Shown: piece by piece, positions 30,573-46,920 of the stretch | Layout: every line of letters begins with the position of its first letter | How positions within the stretch are numbered: the first letter of the stretch is position 1 | NCBI GenBank assembly: GCA_964016885.1 | Contig: OZ024745.1 | Span: 87,916,001-87,980,000 of the forward strand | DNA: 64,000 nt | From: Eledone cirrhosa | Lineage: Eukaryota | Direction: 5' to 3' | Translations under genes and position numbers: made by a program | The notes under the pieces: model-generated | What the model was told of the DNA's origin: nothing | Database searches by the model: none | Seen by the model: only the letters and a program-made list of their open reading frames with translations

Positions 30573-31223
30573 ATATGTACATAACGTAAATGATATATAT
30601 ATATATATATATATAGTTATATATTTATATATATAGCTATTAACCAGTTAATTTTTTTGATTCTTTTAGTTAATTCTATTGACTGATTGATAGCTTATGT
30701 TAATTTTATAAACTAATCTGTTGAGAGCTTAATTCGTTTTGTGATATTTTGCAATTTGGGAATAACCACACATACTGAATTCATCCGCCAAGTAGGGGTT
30801 GTCTCCCTTCTAACCTCCCACGTGGGTTCAGAAATCGGTCAGTTCCTTAGCTTTGCATAGAACTAAATGCCTGTTGAAAAAGTGACATCCTTGTTCGATC
30901 ATCATACCAAAAGCTTAATATTATTTGTTTAAGCAGACAGTACCTGATTTATGAGTTGCAGAAACCTCATATTGGATTTTACCACCGTTTTTAGGGGTCC
31001 GGGTATAATTTTCAATCATATTTTATCATTTGTTTGACCCGAATAGCTTCGTCGTTTCTTTGGCTCGGCGGATAATTGTTTAACCATCATCTCCGTGCGT
31101 ATGTCCCTTTAACGTATTTGTTGCTCTAGTTCACTCATTTCTATAGAGCGCTTGCCACACATCTCGGATTTTGTTTTTCGTTAATTTCCAATAGCCGAAA
31201 TGCGATTCTGGCTAATTTATATT

Positions 31224-31225
<2 letters not shown>
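29850..31225 (+). repeat. Two diverged copies of a 590-bp non-coding unit separated by TA-rich spacer
   Basis: 29850-30440 and 30633-31225; third copy inverted at 22536-23135. Confidence 0.85.
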
Positions 31226-31303
<78 letters not shown>

Positions 31304-31327
31304 ATTTACATAACGTAATAACGTAAA

Positions 31328-31377
<50 letters not shown>

Positions 31378-31514
31378 AAGGTGTGGTAAGATACCAGGTA
31401 GACGATAACGCACCAGAGTACTCGACACTTAGTGGGTAATAGGGAAAAGTGTCATGACCCCGACGGTTGAGCTCCGGCCGTTTCGACAGCTTGATCCGAA
31501 CTAAGCCAGGAGTA

Positions 31515-33638
<2,124 letters not shown>

Positions 33639-33918
33639 CATATATATATATATGTATATATATATATCTCAAAATTATTTTTGAAAAGCATTAGAAATTT
33701 AGAAATGCGCAACCGGTAAAAACCTAAAACTAAAACTAAATACTAACCAATACTTATTACTAATTAAACTATTTTTCACTGGGAACAATTTGTCACCATT
33801 TTCTGTTCCTTTTACCAATATATCACAACTCGTGTGTTACACCTCTATTCTTTTAAATATATATATATATATGTATACGATATTAAACAAATGGAAACTA
33901 TATTTATAAAACCATATT

Positions 33919-33984
33919 TATTTCATTATACATATTTCAGGGATACCATATTAAAAATATGGCATGCCTTCTTCAGATAAAATA
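33919..33984 (-). ncRNA. Type I hammerhead ribozyme (family G)
   Basis: Reverse complement: uauuuuau CUGAAGA aggcaugccauauu-uuu-aauaugguaucccu GAAA uaugua UA augaaaua. Confidence 0.85.
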
Positions 33985-34703
33985 CAATATATAAGCAGTT
34001 TTATAAATAAATTTGACGTACCATAGAATTTTGAACAACTTCCATTTAAAAAAGTTGGTTTGGTAGTGAGATGTTTGTAAATATTTAGTGTTAAGTACAG
34101 TTAGAAAAGAAAGACGGAGAGAAGGAGTAAATGTATGTAAAGAAAAACAGAGAGAGATAGAGAGAGATATGGGAGAGAGAAAAATAGTGAGGAGGTGAAA
34201 AATGAGAGGCAGCTGAGGTAACAGATGAATAATAATAATTCAACATGCAAAATGAGAGATTTAGGGGGAGGGAGTACTGTAATTATTTATTTATTTAGTT
34301 AGTTATAGTGTTAAGGAGACGGAGAAAAATAAAAATAAAAAATAACTAAAGAGAAAACAGCGATACATAGATTACATCATGTATAGAGGGAGGAGAAGAA
34401 AGCTATATCTAGATAGAAAGATGACAGATTTACAACTTTACGTTATGTTCTATCAATTTGAATTATCAATTTATATGAATTGGGTATTATACTGTAGATA
34501 TCAATATTCATGAATGAGACATAGATATATAATGTGTGAAAAATAATGACCATATGTTTAGTTTAAAAATTCTTAGGTCGATATATTAAAAACCTGAGAT
34601 AAAACTTCAAAATACATAAGTATATATGTACTTTCCGGAAAAAGAAAGAAAGAGAAAAAGAGAAGGTCATCTCAAGTTCTAGTTGACACTATAGATATAC
34701 ACG

Positions 34704-35700
34704 TCAGCATACGTGATCAGCTCTGTAATTTCTCATTTCACATGAAAAAATTTTCCCTGGTTCGATTTTGGCTTGTATGAGGATGCTTTTTATGGATTTA
34801 GGTTGTCTTTTGCTCTTCATGATGTTATGTGTTTGGAGGATTTTGTTCATTCTTGGGTCTCTTTTAGTAAAGGAATGTTCTGGAGGATGCCTCATTGTTG
34901 AGGGGTTGTGTGTGGAGATGTATGGTAGAGTTTTCTGTTGCGGTTCATTCCTGGGTTTGAGGTGTCTGAGTTCCTGGATGTTGAGTTTTAGGGCACGTTG
35001 GAATCCATTGTTGATTAGGGATGGTGGGTAGTTTCTGCTGATAAGTGTGTTCTTTAATTCTTCTAGTCGTGTGTAGCATGTGTATTTATCTGAAACTAAT
35101 GTGCAGATCCTTCTGGCTAGGTTATAAGGAATTGCCATCTTGGTATGGCGAGGGTGGCACGAGTTAAATGGAAGGCATTGTTTGGAGTCTGTGGGTTTGT
35201 AGTATATGTCTGTTTCTATTTTGTTGTTTGTTTTCTTGATGAGGATGTCGAGGAAAGGGAGTTGTTGATGGCTGTATTCCATTGTAAGTTTGTGTTGAAT
35301 CCATTTAGAAGTGTTTTAAACTCAATCAGTCTTTCTATACTTTCATGCCAGAGGATGAAGCAATAGTCCATATATCTCTTCCAGTTTTTTCTATGTGTAG
35401 GTAGAAGTGGTTACCGTATTTGTCTAGAACTTTGCGGTAGAGAGTGGTTTCCAAATATACCCTGACAAGGTCGGCGTATGAGAGGGCTACTTTCGTGCCC
35501 ATGGCAGTCCCAGATTTCTGTCTGTAGTATTTGGCATCGAATTCGAAGAAGTTGTTTGCCAAGATGAATTTGAGGCCCGCCAACACAACTTCTTTTAGGG
35601 AAATTTTCAAGCCAGAATTGTATTGCCTCTATATCTAGGTTGTGTGGGATATTGGAATATAGATTGATGACATCAAAGGTTACTAGTCGGGTATGTTCAT
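34704..35700 (-). mobile_element. Penelope-like (Poseidon-type) RT fragment
   Basis: LVTFDVINLYSNIPH, NNFFEFDAKYYRQKSGTAMGTK, LPFLDILI, YYKPTDSKQCLPFNSCHPRH. Confidence 0.85.
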
Positions 35701-36394
35701 TATTATATATATTCCAACACCTGTGCTCCTACTCCACATTTTATAATTATATATATATATAAGTTAAAACAATGAAATAAAAATTCAAGTCATTAGAAAT
35801 ATCCTTCTCTGCTTTACGATCGTTTCTAGATGATAATAATACATCGTACGCATATTTCGTTATCGATCTATGTAGGGTTAGTTACAAAATATCGAATAAG
35901 GAATATATTTACCTACATCTATATCATCACCGTTGTCAAAAGCAATGAATATTTTATTCAAAATCAATAGTAAATTGAGTTCTATGACCTTATTTGGAGG
36001 TAAGTGAAGAACAAACCAATCAAATGGTTTTTTGCCCTATGATGTTAAGATGAAATATAACTCACTTTAGTTGCGGTCATGACCCTTTGAAAGGAATGGT
36101 TGAATGGTGTTAAAAATAGAATTACTATAAAGAACCTATGAAGAAAAAGGAATTGTTATATTGATAGTGGAATGTAGATGGTGGAGTGAAGTTTAAAAAA
36201 GGAATGTAAAAATTAAATGTTGAGTTGTGTTGTATGGAATTTTTAGGTGAATATAAATAAGTAAATATAAAATATACAGAAATAACTAGGATAAATATAG
36301 ATAGGTAAAATAGTGGTTATAACTAGGAAGGATAGTATATTAAAAGATGAAAATTATAATAAGATAATAAAATATAATAATATAATATAATTGT

Positions 36395-36580
36395 TTCTAC
36401 TGTAGGCACAAGGCCAGCAATTAATCAGTGCATTACTGGTACTTTATTTTATCGACCCCGTAAGGATGAAAGGCAAAGTCAACCTCGGCGGGATTTGAAC
36501 TCAGATCGTAAAGGGACGTAACTATGCTGGAAAGCATGACGTTCGACCCTCTACCGATACTGCTAATCCACCGCCCTAAT
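36395..36580 (-). mobile_element. Nin/Deu-like tRNA SINE
   Basis: Reverse complement matches 51597-51775. Confidence 0.75.
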
Positions 36581-37193
36581 AATATAATATAATGTAATAT
36601 AATATAGTACAGTATGGTACATTGCATATAGTATAGTATAGCGTATGATGCATCATAAAATATAAAATTGTACATATTTTCAAGTGGGTCTATGTATAAG
36701 TAATCAAACTCAGATAAATGCATGTTGACATATATCAAAACGCATAAGTTTCTTAGATCACAAAAGTACATATATTCTCATATATAGATAGAAGTATAAT
36801 TACATTGATACTCCATCAAAAACATACATATGCATACATAGATATAACCATATACAAATACATACATACACGCACACAAACATATATATATATACACTTA
36901 TACATACATATATACATGTACATACACATATACACACACATACACATATACACACTTATATATATACATATATATATATATTCTTTTATACATACATAGA
37001 TACATGTATACCCATGCAATTACAGGTGGTTCTGTACCTTGATGCCCTTAGTCAGTAACGCATGAATCTATGGAAGCTAAAAAATATAAGGTTAAAAAAT
37101 AAAAAAATAAACAGGAAGGCGTATAATTAGGGGAAGAGGATACTAATAAATGGTACGTCACATAGAACTATAGTGAGTTGCTATTTAGAATGT

Positions 37194-38330
37194 TTAATTA
37201 GGTTTATAGTACTTAAATGTTTTTCGTATACGGTGATTACAAGCTATAATCAGTTCCTGTCTTTTATTCATTAAATCGTCCTTAGATTTAGTAATTTCCA
37301 AGATCTCCCCGGAACATAATCTGCATTCTCTCCTGTTCCCAAGATATGGAGTTCTTTGCAGAATGGTATTCCACAATAGCTTGAAATCTATTTTTTTCTT
37401 TTTATAGTTATTTACTGCTTCAGCTAAAGATGTGGTGTTAGCTAGTTTAGTATTGTTAAAGCTACTAGAGTGTGCATAATATCATTTCTTAAATGTGTTT
37501 AATCCTTGAGCAATTCTTATTCTAATTAATGTTAGAGAGAGAATGAGTGCTCCTATGTGGGTGATTTAGTGCTGGGGTTGTATTGTGATTTTGTGTCATG
37601 TTGTTTTTGTGTTGGTGATTTGGGGGGTTGTGTTTTCCAGGTTGAAGGATTGTATTATTTGTCCTTTTAAAATGTGTAGTTTTATTTAAATTATGTTGTG
37701 CTGGTTTGGTCATATTATTTTTAAAATTTATAAATGTTGTAGTTGCATATTTTTTGCTGGAGATTGTTTGATGTAGAGTATGAGAATTTAACAGTATACC
37801 TGTTAAATATTTGGTGGTATCTGTGGTTTGGTGGAAAATGTTTATGTAGAATTTCGAAGAATATTTTGGTGATTTGTCCAATAGTATGCAGGTTGAAGGG
37901 TGCGTTGTACTATGTTATGTTTCTTTTGCCGTTTTTAGTTAAGTTCTTATTTCCACATATATTAATGTGCTGTGTTCTACAATAGTTCTTATGCTTAGTA
38001 TTTCTATTTGTGGAATTTGGTAAATTGCAGTGGTTGTATTTGGTGTTATTATTGGGTAGATTATGAGAGGTTGAATGTTTGGTAGTCATATGTGAGTTGT
38101 TAACATTGGTCATAGATCGTGTAGTAATAGTTGTTGTGGTTTTTCGGTTGTTTGGCGTGATAGGAATGACCCCATTTGGCATTTTTGTCGATGGTATTTT
38201 TTGGTGTTTGTAGTTTTTGCTAGGTCTTATAGTATGGTCCATAGTAGTATTGGAGATATATGACATTTTTCCTTTATATCCACTTCTAGATAGGGCCTCG
38301 TTGTAGACCCCACAACTAACCGTGGATATT
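37194..38330 (-). mobile_element. Penelope-like 3' fragment (GIY-YIG), degraded
   Basis: YNEALSRSGYKGK; YNAPFNL...DKSPKYSSKF; CRLCSGEILEI...NKRQELIIACNHRIRKTFKYYK. Confidence 0.8.
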
Positions 38331-38689
38331 TCTGTGTATATATATATATATATAAAACGAAGAAAGTGTGGTAAGGAACCGGAAGGACCATAACGCACCA
38401 GAGTACCCAATACTTAGGTTAGTAGAGTCGGTAATAGGAACATGTTTAACCCTGACGGCAGAGTTCAAGCCGTTTCGACGGCTATTTCTGGACTCGTTAT
38501 AATTAGTTATAAAAGACGTTTTGAATCCAGAAATAGCCGTCGAAACGGCTTGAGCTCTGCCGTCGGGGTTAAACATTTTCCTATGTTTATATATATATAT
38601 GATATTTACATAACATAAACGATCGCACAGCTCGAAGACCTCATTTCGGTTTAATGGAAGAGAGAATATCTTCCATACTTGAACGGCCA

Positions 38690-38822
38690 TAGAATGATAC
38701 TTTATTCATCAACCCCAAAAGGATGAAAGATAAAGTTGACCTCAGTGTCATGTCAACTCAGAGCAGCGCAGAGAGCCGTAGCAAATACCAAGGCATTTAA
38801 CCGGTTGCTCTGACGACTCTGA
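38690..38822 (-). mobile_element. Diverged Nin/Deu-like SINE
   Basis: tactttattcatcaaccccaaaaggatgaaagataaagttgacctc is rc of the SINE core. Confidence 0.6.
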
Positions 38823-39124
38823 CAAAAACACAAATCAATAAATAGATAAAGAAACGGAGCAAAATTACAAATAGACTTCTCAATGGAACCCTCAAAACGT
38901 CTTTTATAACTAATTATTACGGAAAAATCGATGATTTGTATCGACTAAGACATACTTGACATTTGAAATTCGATATCCTTGTAAATAACTTGTATTTAAC
39001 TGAAGAAGATATCAGAGAACAGACGTCAGCAGCTATCTCCATTTTGCAGAAGTTGAACGACCATGACATCTCAATGGTGATGTTTTGTTTATCTTCCCTT
39101 CTTACTTATTTCATTCTCAACTGC

Positions 39125-39245
<121 letters not shown>

Positions 39246-39448
39246 CCAGACGTGTGTAACTTCACGGAGAAGTTTCCGTTATTTTATGTAAGAAAAAAAC
39301 GAGAGTTTTCAGTTAAAGTTTATATTATTGTGTAACTTGACCCCCCGTCTGGACCTTCAGGTGGTGGGTCAACTCATTTTCGCCCCTACAGGGGCGAAAT
39401 ATTCGTTTGAAAAATCTTTTCTCCATCGAATTTTGGAAAAAATATCGT

Positions 39449-41433
39449 ATGAAGTTTGATTACGTTATGAACGCTGCGTTCAACGATAATGGCGGTGGAG
39501 AGTCGGTAAGACTACATAGCTCGCAGTCAACATCGTCTTCTTCCATAGATACTATGGAGATGGAAAGACGAAATGAAATTGTAAAAACAAATTCATATCC
39601 AAACAACACAAATGACACCAAACAGTTCAATGACAACAAAAATAACAACAACACCAATAATGATGATAAAAACAACAATGACAACAACAACAAAGAAAAC
39701 AATAAAGACAACACCAATAACAACAGCATCAAAGACAACAACAACACCAACACCAACACCAAGGTAAATACGAATAATATCAACATCAGTGACAACAAGA
39801 ATAACAACAACAATAACAACAACAATAACAACAACAATAACAACAACAATAACAACAATAATGACAACACCACCAACACGGATAATTCCACAAAGAAACC
39901 AAAAATCTCCTTTGCACAGACAGTTCAGAAAAAGGAGGAACTGACATATCTCGACATAACAAATGCCGAACAACTTTTAAAGGACGCTAGGAGATATGTC
40001 ACTTTCGAAAAAAATGGTGCTTTCAGCATCAATTCTCCGGTAGAAATTCGCAAGGAAACTGCTCTCAAAACGATAGTTTTTAGGACAGTTTCCAATTCTA
40101 CCCGAAAACCAGTCCAATTGTCACAGAAAGAAATTGAATTGGTTTTCAAAATTTCAATTAATGATATTTCATTCATTCAAAGAAGCAAACTCTTTGGGAG
40201 TATTTCGGTACTCATGAAGGATCAATTGACGGCTCAAAATTACTTTGTCTCGCCAATTGTATCCAACCTGTATACCTTTTCCCCTACATACATGGGAAAA
40301 AGGACACAAAAGATTAAAATCACGAGTGTCACACCAAAGGTGAACATATGGTGGATACTGTGCGGCTTCATCAATTTTGATGAAGACAGAATACTGTCAG
40401 TAGGAAAGTCCCCCAGAGATGTATTCAATGGGACTAGCGTTGAAGTTCTGGTGCAAATGAGCCCAGAGCGAATAGCCATGATCCCACAACGTGTACTCCT
40501 GGACGGCCTCACCTACATAAACTTTTCGGTTGAGGGTAGGCGGCCTTCATGTTACCATTGCTTTAGCAGGGGTCACCTGAGGGCTTCCTGTCCTAAATTA
40601 ATGAACCAAAAAAGGCTCTTCTGCCGACACCCATCAAAACAACACAACCACCAACACCATCACAACAACAACAACACCAACACACAAAAATAACCACAAC
40701 AAACACAGTCCCACCCAACCCCACTCCACCTAAAACCACTGCAAAATCACATACAGACACAACAGCTCCCCAAGACATACCCCTCCCCAATCACACAGAC
40801 GATACAACAGATGAGGCTATCTCGCCATCACCCAGTGAAGACGAGGGAGAACCCCATCGCTCGAAAAGAAAGAAAAGACATCACAAAAGCAAAAAACCAG
40901 CAAACACTACCACAAACATACAACCACCAACACAAACAACAAAAATATCACAAACAAAACCCCCACCTCCTGAAAACAAAATACCTACAACAAAACGAAA
41001 GCACACACAAGAACTACAGACAAAAACAAACACAACACAAGAAAATTACACTTACACTTACATAAACACTGAAAACAAAATACTAATGGAGACCATCACG
41101 AACGACCCTTCGGTTTTCACCGAAGGGAAAACTTTCGCCCACTCTATAAAAAATCGCAAAAAACTGAACCTAAAACTGATTAGGTTCCCTATACAAACTT
41201 ATAGGTCCCTAAAAGAAACATTTGAGAAGGATGTGGGGAATTCCTGCGTGAAACCACTCAACCGCGTCCTTCTCAAATGCCTCCCCACCCCAGACACCCC
41301 CATCCCGCCAGACCCCACCCCACCAAACATCTGCGTCCCCACCCCGCCGGAAACCACCACCCATCCAGACAACCCCTCCAACACCCCCATGGAAATCGTG
41401 CGGCCTGGTCCCCAGGAGGCGAAGGGTGAGTGA
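39449..41433 (+). pseudogene. Tx1-like ORF1 (gag-like, poly-Asn N-terminus, CCHC knuckle), probable frameshift near 40610-40690
   Basis: VEGRRPSCYHCFSRGHLRASC; Pro/Thr-rich continuation ending at 41433 just before ORF2. Confidence 0.75.
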
Positions 41434-41466
41434 TCTCTTTTCCTCTTTTAACTTTTCAGCACCAAC

Positions 41467-44400
41467 ATGGCCAATATGAGAGTTGGATGTGTGAACGTAC
41501 GCGGCCTGGGGATGCCCTGGAAACAGGGCAAACTCTTAAACAACCTCAGGTCGCACAGTTTGGATGTGGTAGCCATTTGCGAGTCCAGGATCCACGGCGA
41601 GCGACAGCTGGCCCCCATCTTCGATGACTTTGAGATCTACGCATCTCTCTGTCAACCGGGAGGTGGGGGCGGAGTTGCCGTTTTGCTGCGGAAACACCTG
41701 GGCCTCGTAACACAGACGGTACATCTGGACCCGGAGGGTCGACTGGTGGTCCTAGACGTTGATGGTAGTGAAGGTGGAGCGTTCAGGCTGGTGGCCGCAT
41801 ATGCCCCATCCGGGACACCGCGGCCAGACTTCTTCAAACGTCTAGAGACTTTTATGGGAACGTCCCGCTCCTTGCTTTTAGTGGGGGACTGGAATGGAAT
41901 CCTAGATGCACGTTGGGACTATGTGGGAGCATGTCCCGATAAAGGGGGGTGTAACAGCCTCAAACAGTTAATCGACCGATTTGACCTGGCCGATAGATAT
42001 CGACTAGATTTTCCGACTGCGCCACTGTGGACGTGGAGTAATCGTAGCGGAACATCTAGATCGTACCTAGATAGGGTTCTAGTTAGAAATAAGGATAGGG
42101 ACATGTTAAGCTGTCCACAAATGTTCATGGTTGCCTATTCAGATCACAAACTAGTGACCTGCATGGCCAACCTTGATAGAACCCATAGACAAGGACCCGG
42201 CTACTGGAAGCTGAACTTGTCGTTACCGACAAGCAAAGCCTACAGTAGACGGATTAGCACTTTAGTTAAACAGCACTTGACAGGGGCCATTGTCAACAAC
42301 AGATGGTGGTACTCTCTCAAGAGGGCAGTTAGATTAGACTCGATAGTTTTTAGTAAAGAATTAGCGTTAGATAGAAATAGAACCGAGAAGGAACTGGTAG
42401 ATAAAGTAGAAGAGGCAATTAGAAGTGGCAACGTAGCCAGCGTGCTAGCAACAAGAACGGCCTTGGACCAGTTCTTCGACGCAAAGCACGAGGGCTGCGT
42501 TGTCAGAAGCGAAATACGTGCTCTGGGAAACGAGGGAGCCAAAGCTGTTAGCTGGGCCCGAGTGACGGAGGCAAAAAGTGGCAACAAGTCCACGATTCGG
42601 TCTTTGAAGGACCAAAACGGACGCGTGATACGTGAGCCGAAGCAGATGTGTGCGGCTTTTCAGCGGCACTTTGCTCGGCTGTTCGGGGGGAGCGGCGCGC
42701 CGGGAGAGGCTATGGATTTCGGTCTATACCTCGACGGCCTACCGCGACTCTCGGACAGCGAGGCGAAGTTCTGCGAAAAGCCGATTTCAGCCACTGAGAT
42801 AGGGGACGCGCTGAGCCAATGCGGCAAACGCAAATCTCCAGGTCTCGACGGTCTACCCTACGAATTTTACGTAGCAATGCCGGACTTATTCTCCGGTCTC
42901 CTGGAAGCGGTCTACTGCAACTGGCAACAGAACGGGAGAATTCCCAGTTCTGTAACCGGGGGCGTGGTCACATTAATCAGGAAGGACGAGAATAAGGGGG
43001 ATGACATAGGCAACTTCCGGCCCATAACTCTGCTAAACACAGAGTTACAGATTTTGGCCAAGGTGTTGGCAAAGAGGCTGGCGCTTGTCGTCGAGAACCT
43101 GGTGGGAGAAGCGCAGACATGCGCGATCCCAACCAGGTCCATACACGACAACCACTACCTCATGCGATACATCATAGAGAGGGTAGGGTGTAAACCCGGC
43201 TTCGGTGGGGCCCTGATGAACTTGGATCAGTCTAAGGCTTTCGATACCTGGATGCGGTGCTCGAGGCGGCAGGCTTCGGACCCGTGTTCAGGGGCTGGAT
43301 TGCTGCAATGCACAACAGCAACATCTGCTCAAGGGTCAAGGTGAACGGTTACCTCTCGGAGTCGTTCCATATTACGCGATCCATTCGACAGGGATGCCCT
43401 CTCTCCTCCCTTCTGTACGTACTGACTCTCGAGCCACTACTGAGGAAGCTGGAGCTATTGCAGGGCATCCCTCTGGAACCGGGACTGCGGAAAGCGGTGT
43501 CGGCCTACGCCGACGACGTGATAGTAATGGTGTCCAGCGCCTCGCAAATCGAGGAAGTCGGCACCTTACTAAAGGAATACGAAAGTCTCACAGGAGCGAA
43601 GCTGAACCGGGACAAGTCCATCGATTTGCAACTCGGATCGTGGAGAGGCAGACCGATGCCTTCCGATGGCGTCGTCGGACGCTGGACGGAAGGACCGGTA
43701 AAGCTGCTCGGGGTCTGGTTTGGTCCGGACCTCCAGGTGGAGAAGAACTGGAACGAAGTGACGGCCAAGGTGTTTGCACTCACCCAACCCAGAAGTGGGC
43801 CGAGTGCAAACTATCCTTGAAAGGTCGAGCGGAGGTGGCGAACACTTTTATAGCGTCCGCCATCTACTACCGCTTGACCGTCGTGCCTTGTCCAGCCAAA
43901 ACGCTCGCCAAAATGGAACGCGCGCTCTTCCGATTCCTTTGGAAGAGGCGGGCTCCTTTGGTGAGAAGATCCATCTGCTGCCAACACCCTTCTAACGGAG
44001 GGCTGGGGATGCCGTGGTTGACGATGCGCAAACACGCGCTCAGGCTGCGGCATCTCTACGTATTCCTCACCGGACAACCGGTGTGGGCCCCGTTCGTGAG
44101 GCGAGCCTTCCCACGACTCGTCTCGCTGACCGAGCTGCAGTCCTGCGTCAAGCAGAGACCGAGGAAAATGGGCGACTGGCGCATCGAATGTGCTCAGGCG
44201 CTCACAGCCCTCTGGCAGGCGGACCCGGCGATCAGTGGAGACTCCACTTCGTCATTCTATAGAGGGTTGGTCCGCAGCAAGTGCGACGACGCGCTCGGTG
44301 AAACTCTAGGCGTAGAGGAAGATGAACTGGCCAGTCTGTTCGGTAGGACCTTCCGCCCGGGACCGATGGACAACTTCCAAAAGTCCCTGGCCTGGCAGTG

Positions 44401-44893
44401 CTACCGAGGAGCTCTACCAGTTCGAGACAAGCTCTACAGACATGGGCGCCCGGGCTGGGACCCTGCAAAAAAGATCTGTCCGAGGTGCGTGCGAGACGAA
44501 GAAACCGTCGCGCACGCATTCATACACTGCTCGGGCGTCACTGACCTGTGGGGCTATGTAGAACGACTATTGTCGCGGGTGGGACCAATCCAGTTGACCA
44601 CCGAGTCCATTGTCATGATCAAACCGCCACCCTCCTTCAGAAACGAAGGAGAGGCGGTTTTCCTTTGTGTGATAGCTATCGTGAAAGAGGTTGTATGGTG
44701 GACAAGGTTGAAAGGGCTGAGGTCAGACACCTTTCTCTCCGGCCAACAACTGATTCTTTTTTTCAAATACCACTTTGGAAGAAGAATCAGGATGGAGAGA
44801 GAGGTGCTGTACCCCAGCAAGTTTTATGAAAGGTGGGTGAAAGTGGCGAGAATGGCCCGAGTGAATGGGCCTTCTCTCTATATCAGCCTGTAG
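41467..44893 (+). pseudogene. Tx1-like ORF2: AP endonuclease + RT + C-terminal zinc finger; frameshifts near 43245 and 43790
   Basis: NVRGL, AYAP, GDWN, YLDR, SDH, GYWKLN; SPGLDG, FRPITLLN, LDQSKAFD, RQGCPLS, AYADD; CPRC..ETVAHAFIHC. Confidence 0.92.
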
Positions 44894-45151
44894 GTTGAGG
44901 AAAAGGAGGAGGAGAGGAAAGGAGTACAAACTCTCCTGGAGATGAGGGTTGCACATTTTTTCGGGGCTATGTGTTACCCATATAAACTGTCTCCCCCTAT
45001 TGGGGAAAATCGACTAACTTTTTAAATTGCAATTGTGATAACACTTTACACGTTTTTATTGTATGTAAACTTCCCCCTTTGTATTTGTCCCCTTCTTTTG
45101 TGCCCCTGTGGCTAATAAAGAAACATATCTATCTATCTATCTATCTATTTG

Positions 45152-45210
<59 letters not shown>

Positions 45211-45222
45211 ATCTATCTATCT

Positions 45223-46902
45223 ACCGGGATTGCGGAAAGCGGTGTCGGCCTACGCCGATGACGTGACAGTAATGGTGTCGACGGCCTCCGTAATCGAGGC
45301 GGTCGGCACTTTACTGGAGGAGTACGAAAGGTTCACAGGGGCTAAGCTGAACCGGGACAAGTCGATCGGTTTGCAACTCGGCACGTGGAGGGGCAGACCG
45401 ATGCCCTCCGATGGCGTCGTCGGACACTGGACGGAGGGCCCGGTGAAGTTGCTCGGGGTCTGGTTCGGACCGGACCTCCAGGTGGAGAAAAACTGGGCGG
45501 AGGTTACGAACAGGGTGTTTGCACTGACCCAGAAGTGGGCCGTTACAAAATATCCCTGAAAGGTCGGGCGGAGGTGGCGAACACCTATATAGCGTCCGTC
45601 ATCTACTACCGCCTGACTGTAGTGCCCTGCCCAAGGGAAACCCTCACCAAGATGGAGCGCGCGCTCTTCCAATTCCTTTGGAAGAGGCGGGCTCCTATGG
45701 TGAGGAGATCCATCTGCTGTCAACACCCTTCGAAAGGAAGGCTGGGGATGCCGTGGCTAATGATGCGTAAACACGCATTAAGGCTACGGCACCTCTACGT
45801 ATTCCTCACCGGTGAACCGGTGTGGGCCTCGTTTGTGAGACGAACCTTTCCCAGACTCGTCTCACTCACCGAGCTGCAATCCTGGGTCAAGCAAAGACCG
45901 AGAAAACTGGGCGCCTGGCACACTGAGTGTGCCCAGGCGCTCACCGCCCTCAGACAGGCGGATCCGGTTATCGGTAGAGACTCCACCGCAACATTCTATA
46001 GAGGGCTGGTACGCAGCAGGTGCGACGACGCCCTCGGAGAAGCCCTAGACATGGAGGAGGACGAACTGGCCAGCCTGTTCGGTAGGACATTCAGCCCGGG
46101 ACCTATGGACAACTTCCAGAAGTCCCTGGCCTGGCAGTGCTACCGAGGGGCTCTACCCGTTCGAGAAAAGCTCTACAGACACGGGCGCCCGGGTAGTGAC
46201 CCCGCCAAAAAGATCTGTCCCAGATGCGTGTGCGACGAGGAAACCGTTGCACACGCATTGGTACACTGCTCGGGCGTAGCCGATCTGTGGGGCCATGTCG
46301 AACAACTGCTGTCAAGGGTGGGACCGATCCGGTTGACCACCGAGTCTATTGTAATGATCAAGCCGCCCCCCCCCCCCCTTCAAAGATGAAGGAGAGGCGG
46401 TGTTTCTGTGCGTAATAGCCATGGCGAAAGAGGTTGTATGGTGGACGCGTCTGAAAGGACTGAGGTCAGACACCTTTCTCTCTGGCCAACAACTGGTCCG
46501 TTTCTTCCGATATCATTTCGGAAGAAGGATCAGGATGGAGAGAGAGAGGTGCTCCACCCCAGTCGTTTTTATGAAAGGCGGGTGAAAGTGGCGAGAATGG
46601 CCCGTGTGAATGGGCCTTCTCTTTACATAAGCCTGTAGGTGGAAAAGAGGAAGGAACGAGGGAGCACCCCCTCTCTGTGCTCCTGAGGAAAAGGGTTGCA
46701 CACTTTTTTCGGGGGTGTGTGCGACCCCCCAAGGCGCCTCCTGTCTATTGAGGACTTTGTTATAAATTTTATTTTTTGTTATATTTTATTTTATTTTTAT
46801 ACATTGTTATTGCCTCCTCCTTATTGAGGACGCCTTTTTGTGTAAACTCCCCCCTTTGTACTTGTCCCACTTTTGATGCCCTGGTGGCAAATAAAAGAAA
46901 CA
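45223..46902 (+). mobile_element. 5'-truncated second Tx1-like copy (diverged subfamily)
   Basis: Paralog of 43477-45125 (AYADD to zinc finger); preceded by ATCTATCTATCT, ends AATAAAAGAAACA then TATCTATC. Confidence 0.9.
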
Positions 46903-46920
46903 TATCTATCTATCTGTCTA

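Larger units (their letters stand above)
39247..45125 (+). mobile_element. Full-length L1/Tx1-like non-LTR retrotransposon (frameshifted)
   Basis: ORF1 with zinc knuckle, ORF2 APE-RT-CCHC; 3' AATAAAGAAACA followed by (TATC)n. Confidence 0.92.

Noticed and set aside
39460-39973. Leu/Val-rich antisense ORFs resembling membrane proteins (also 25411-26084)
   Set aside because: Antisense translations of AAC-rich tracts.
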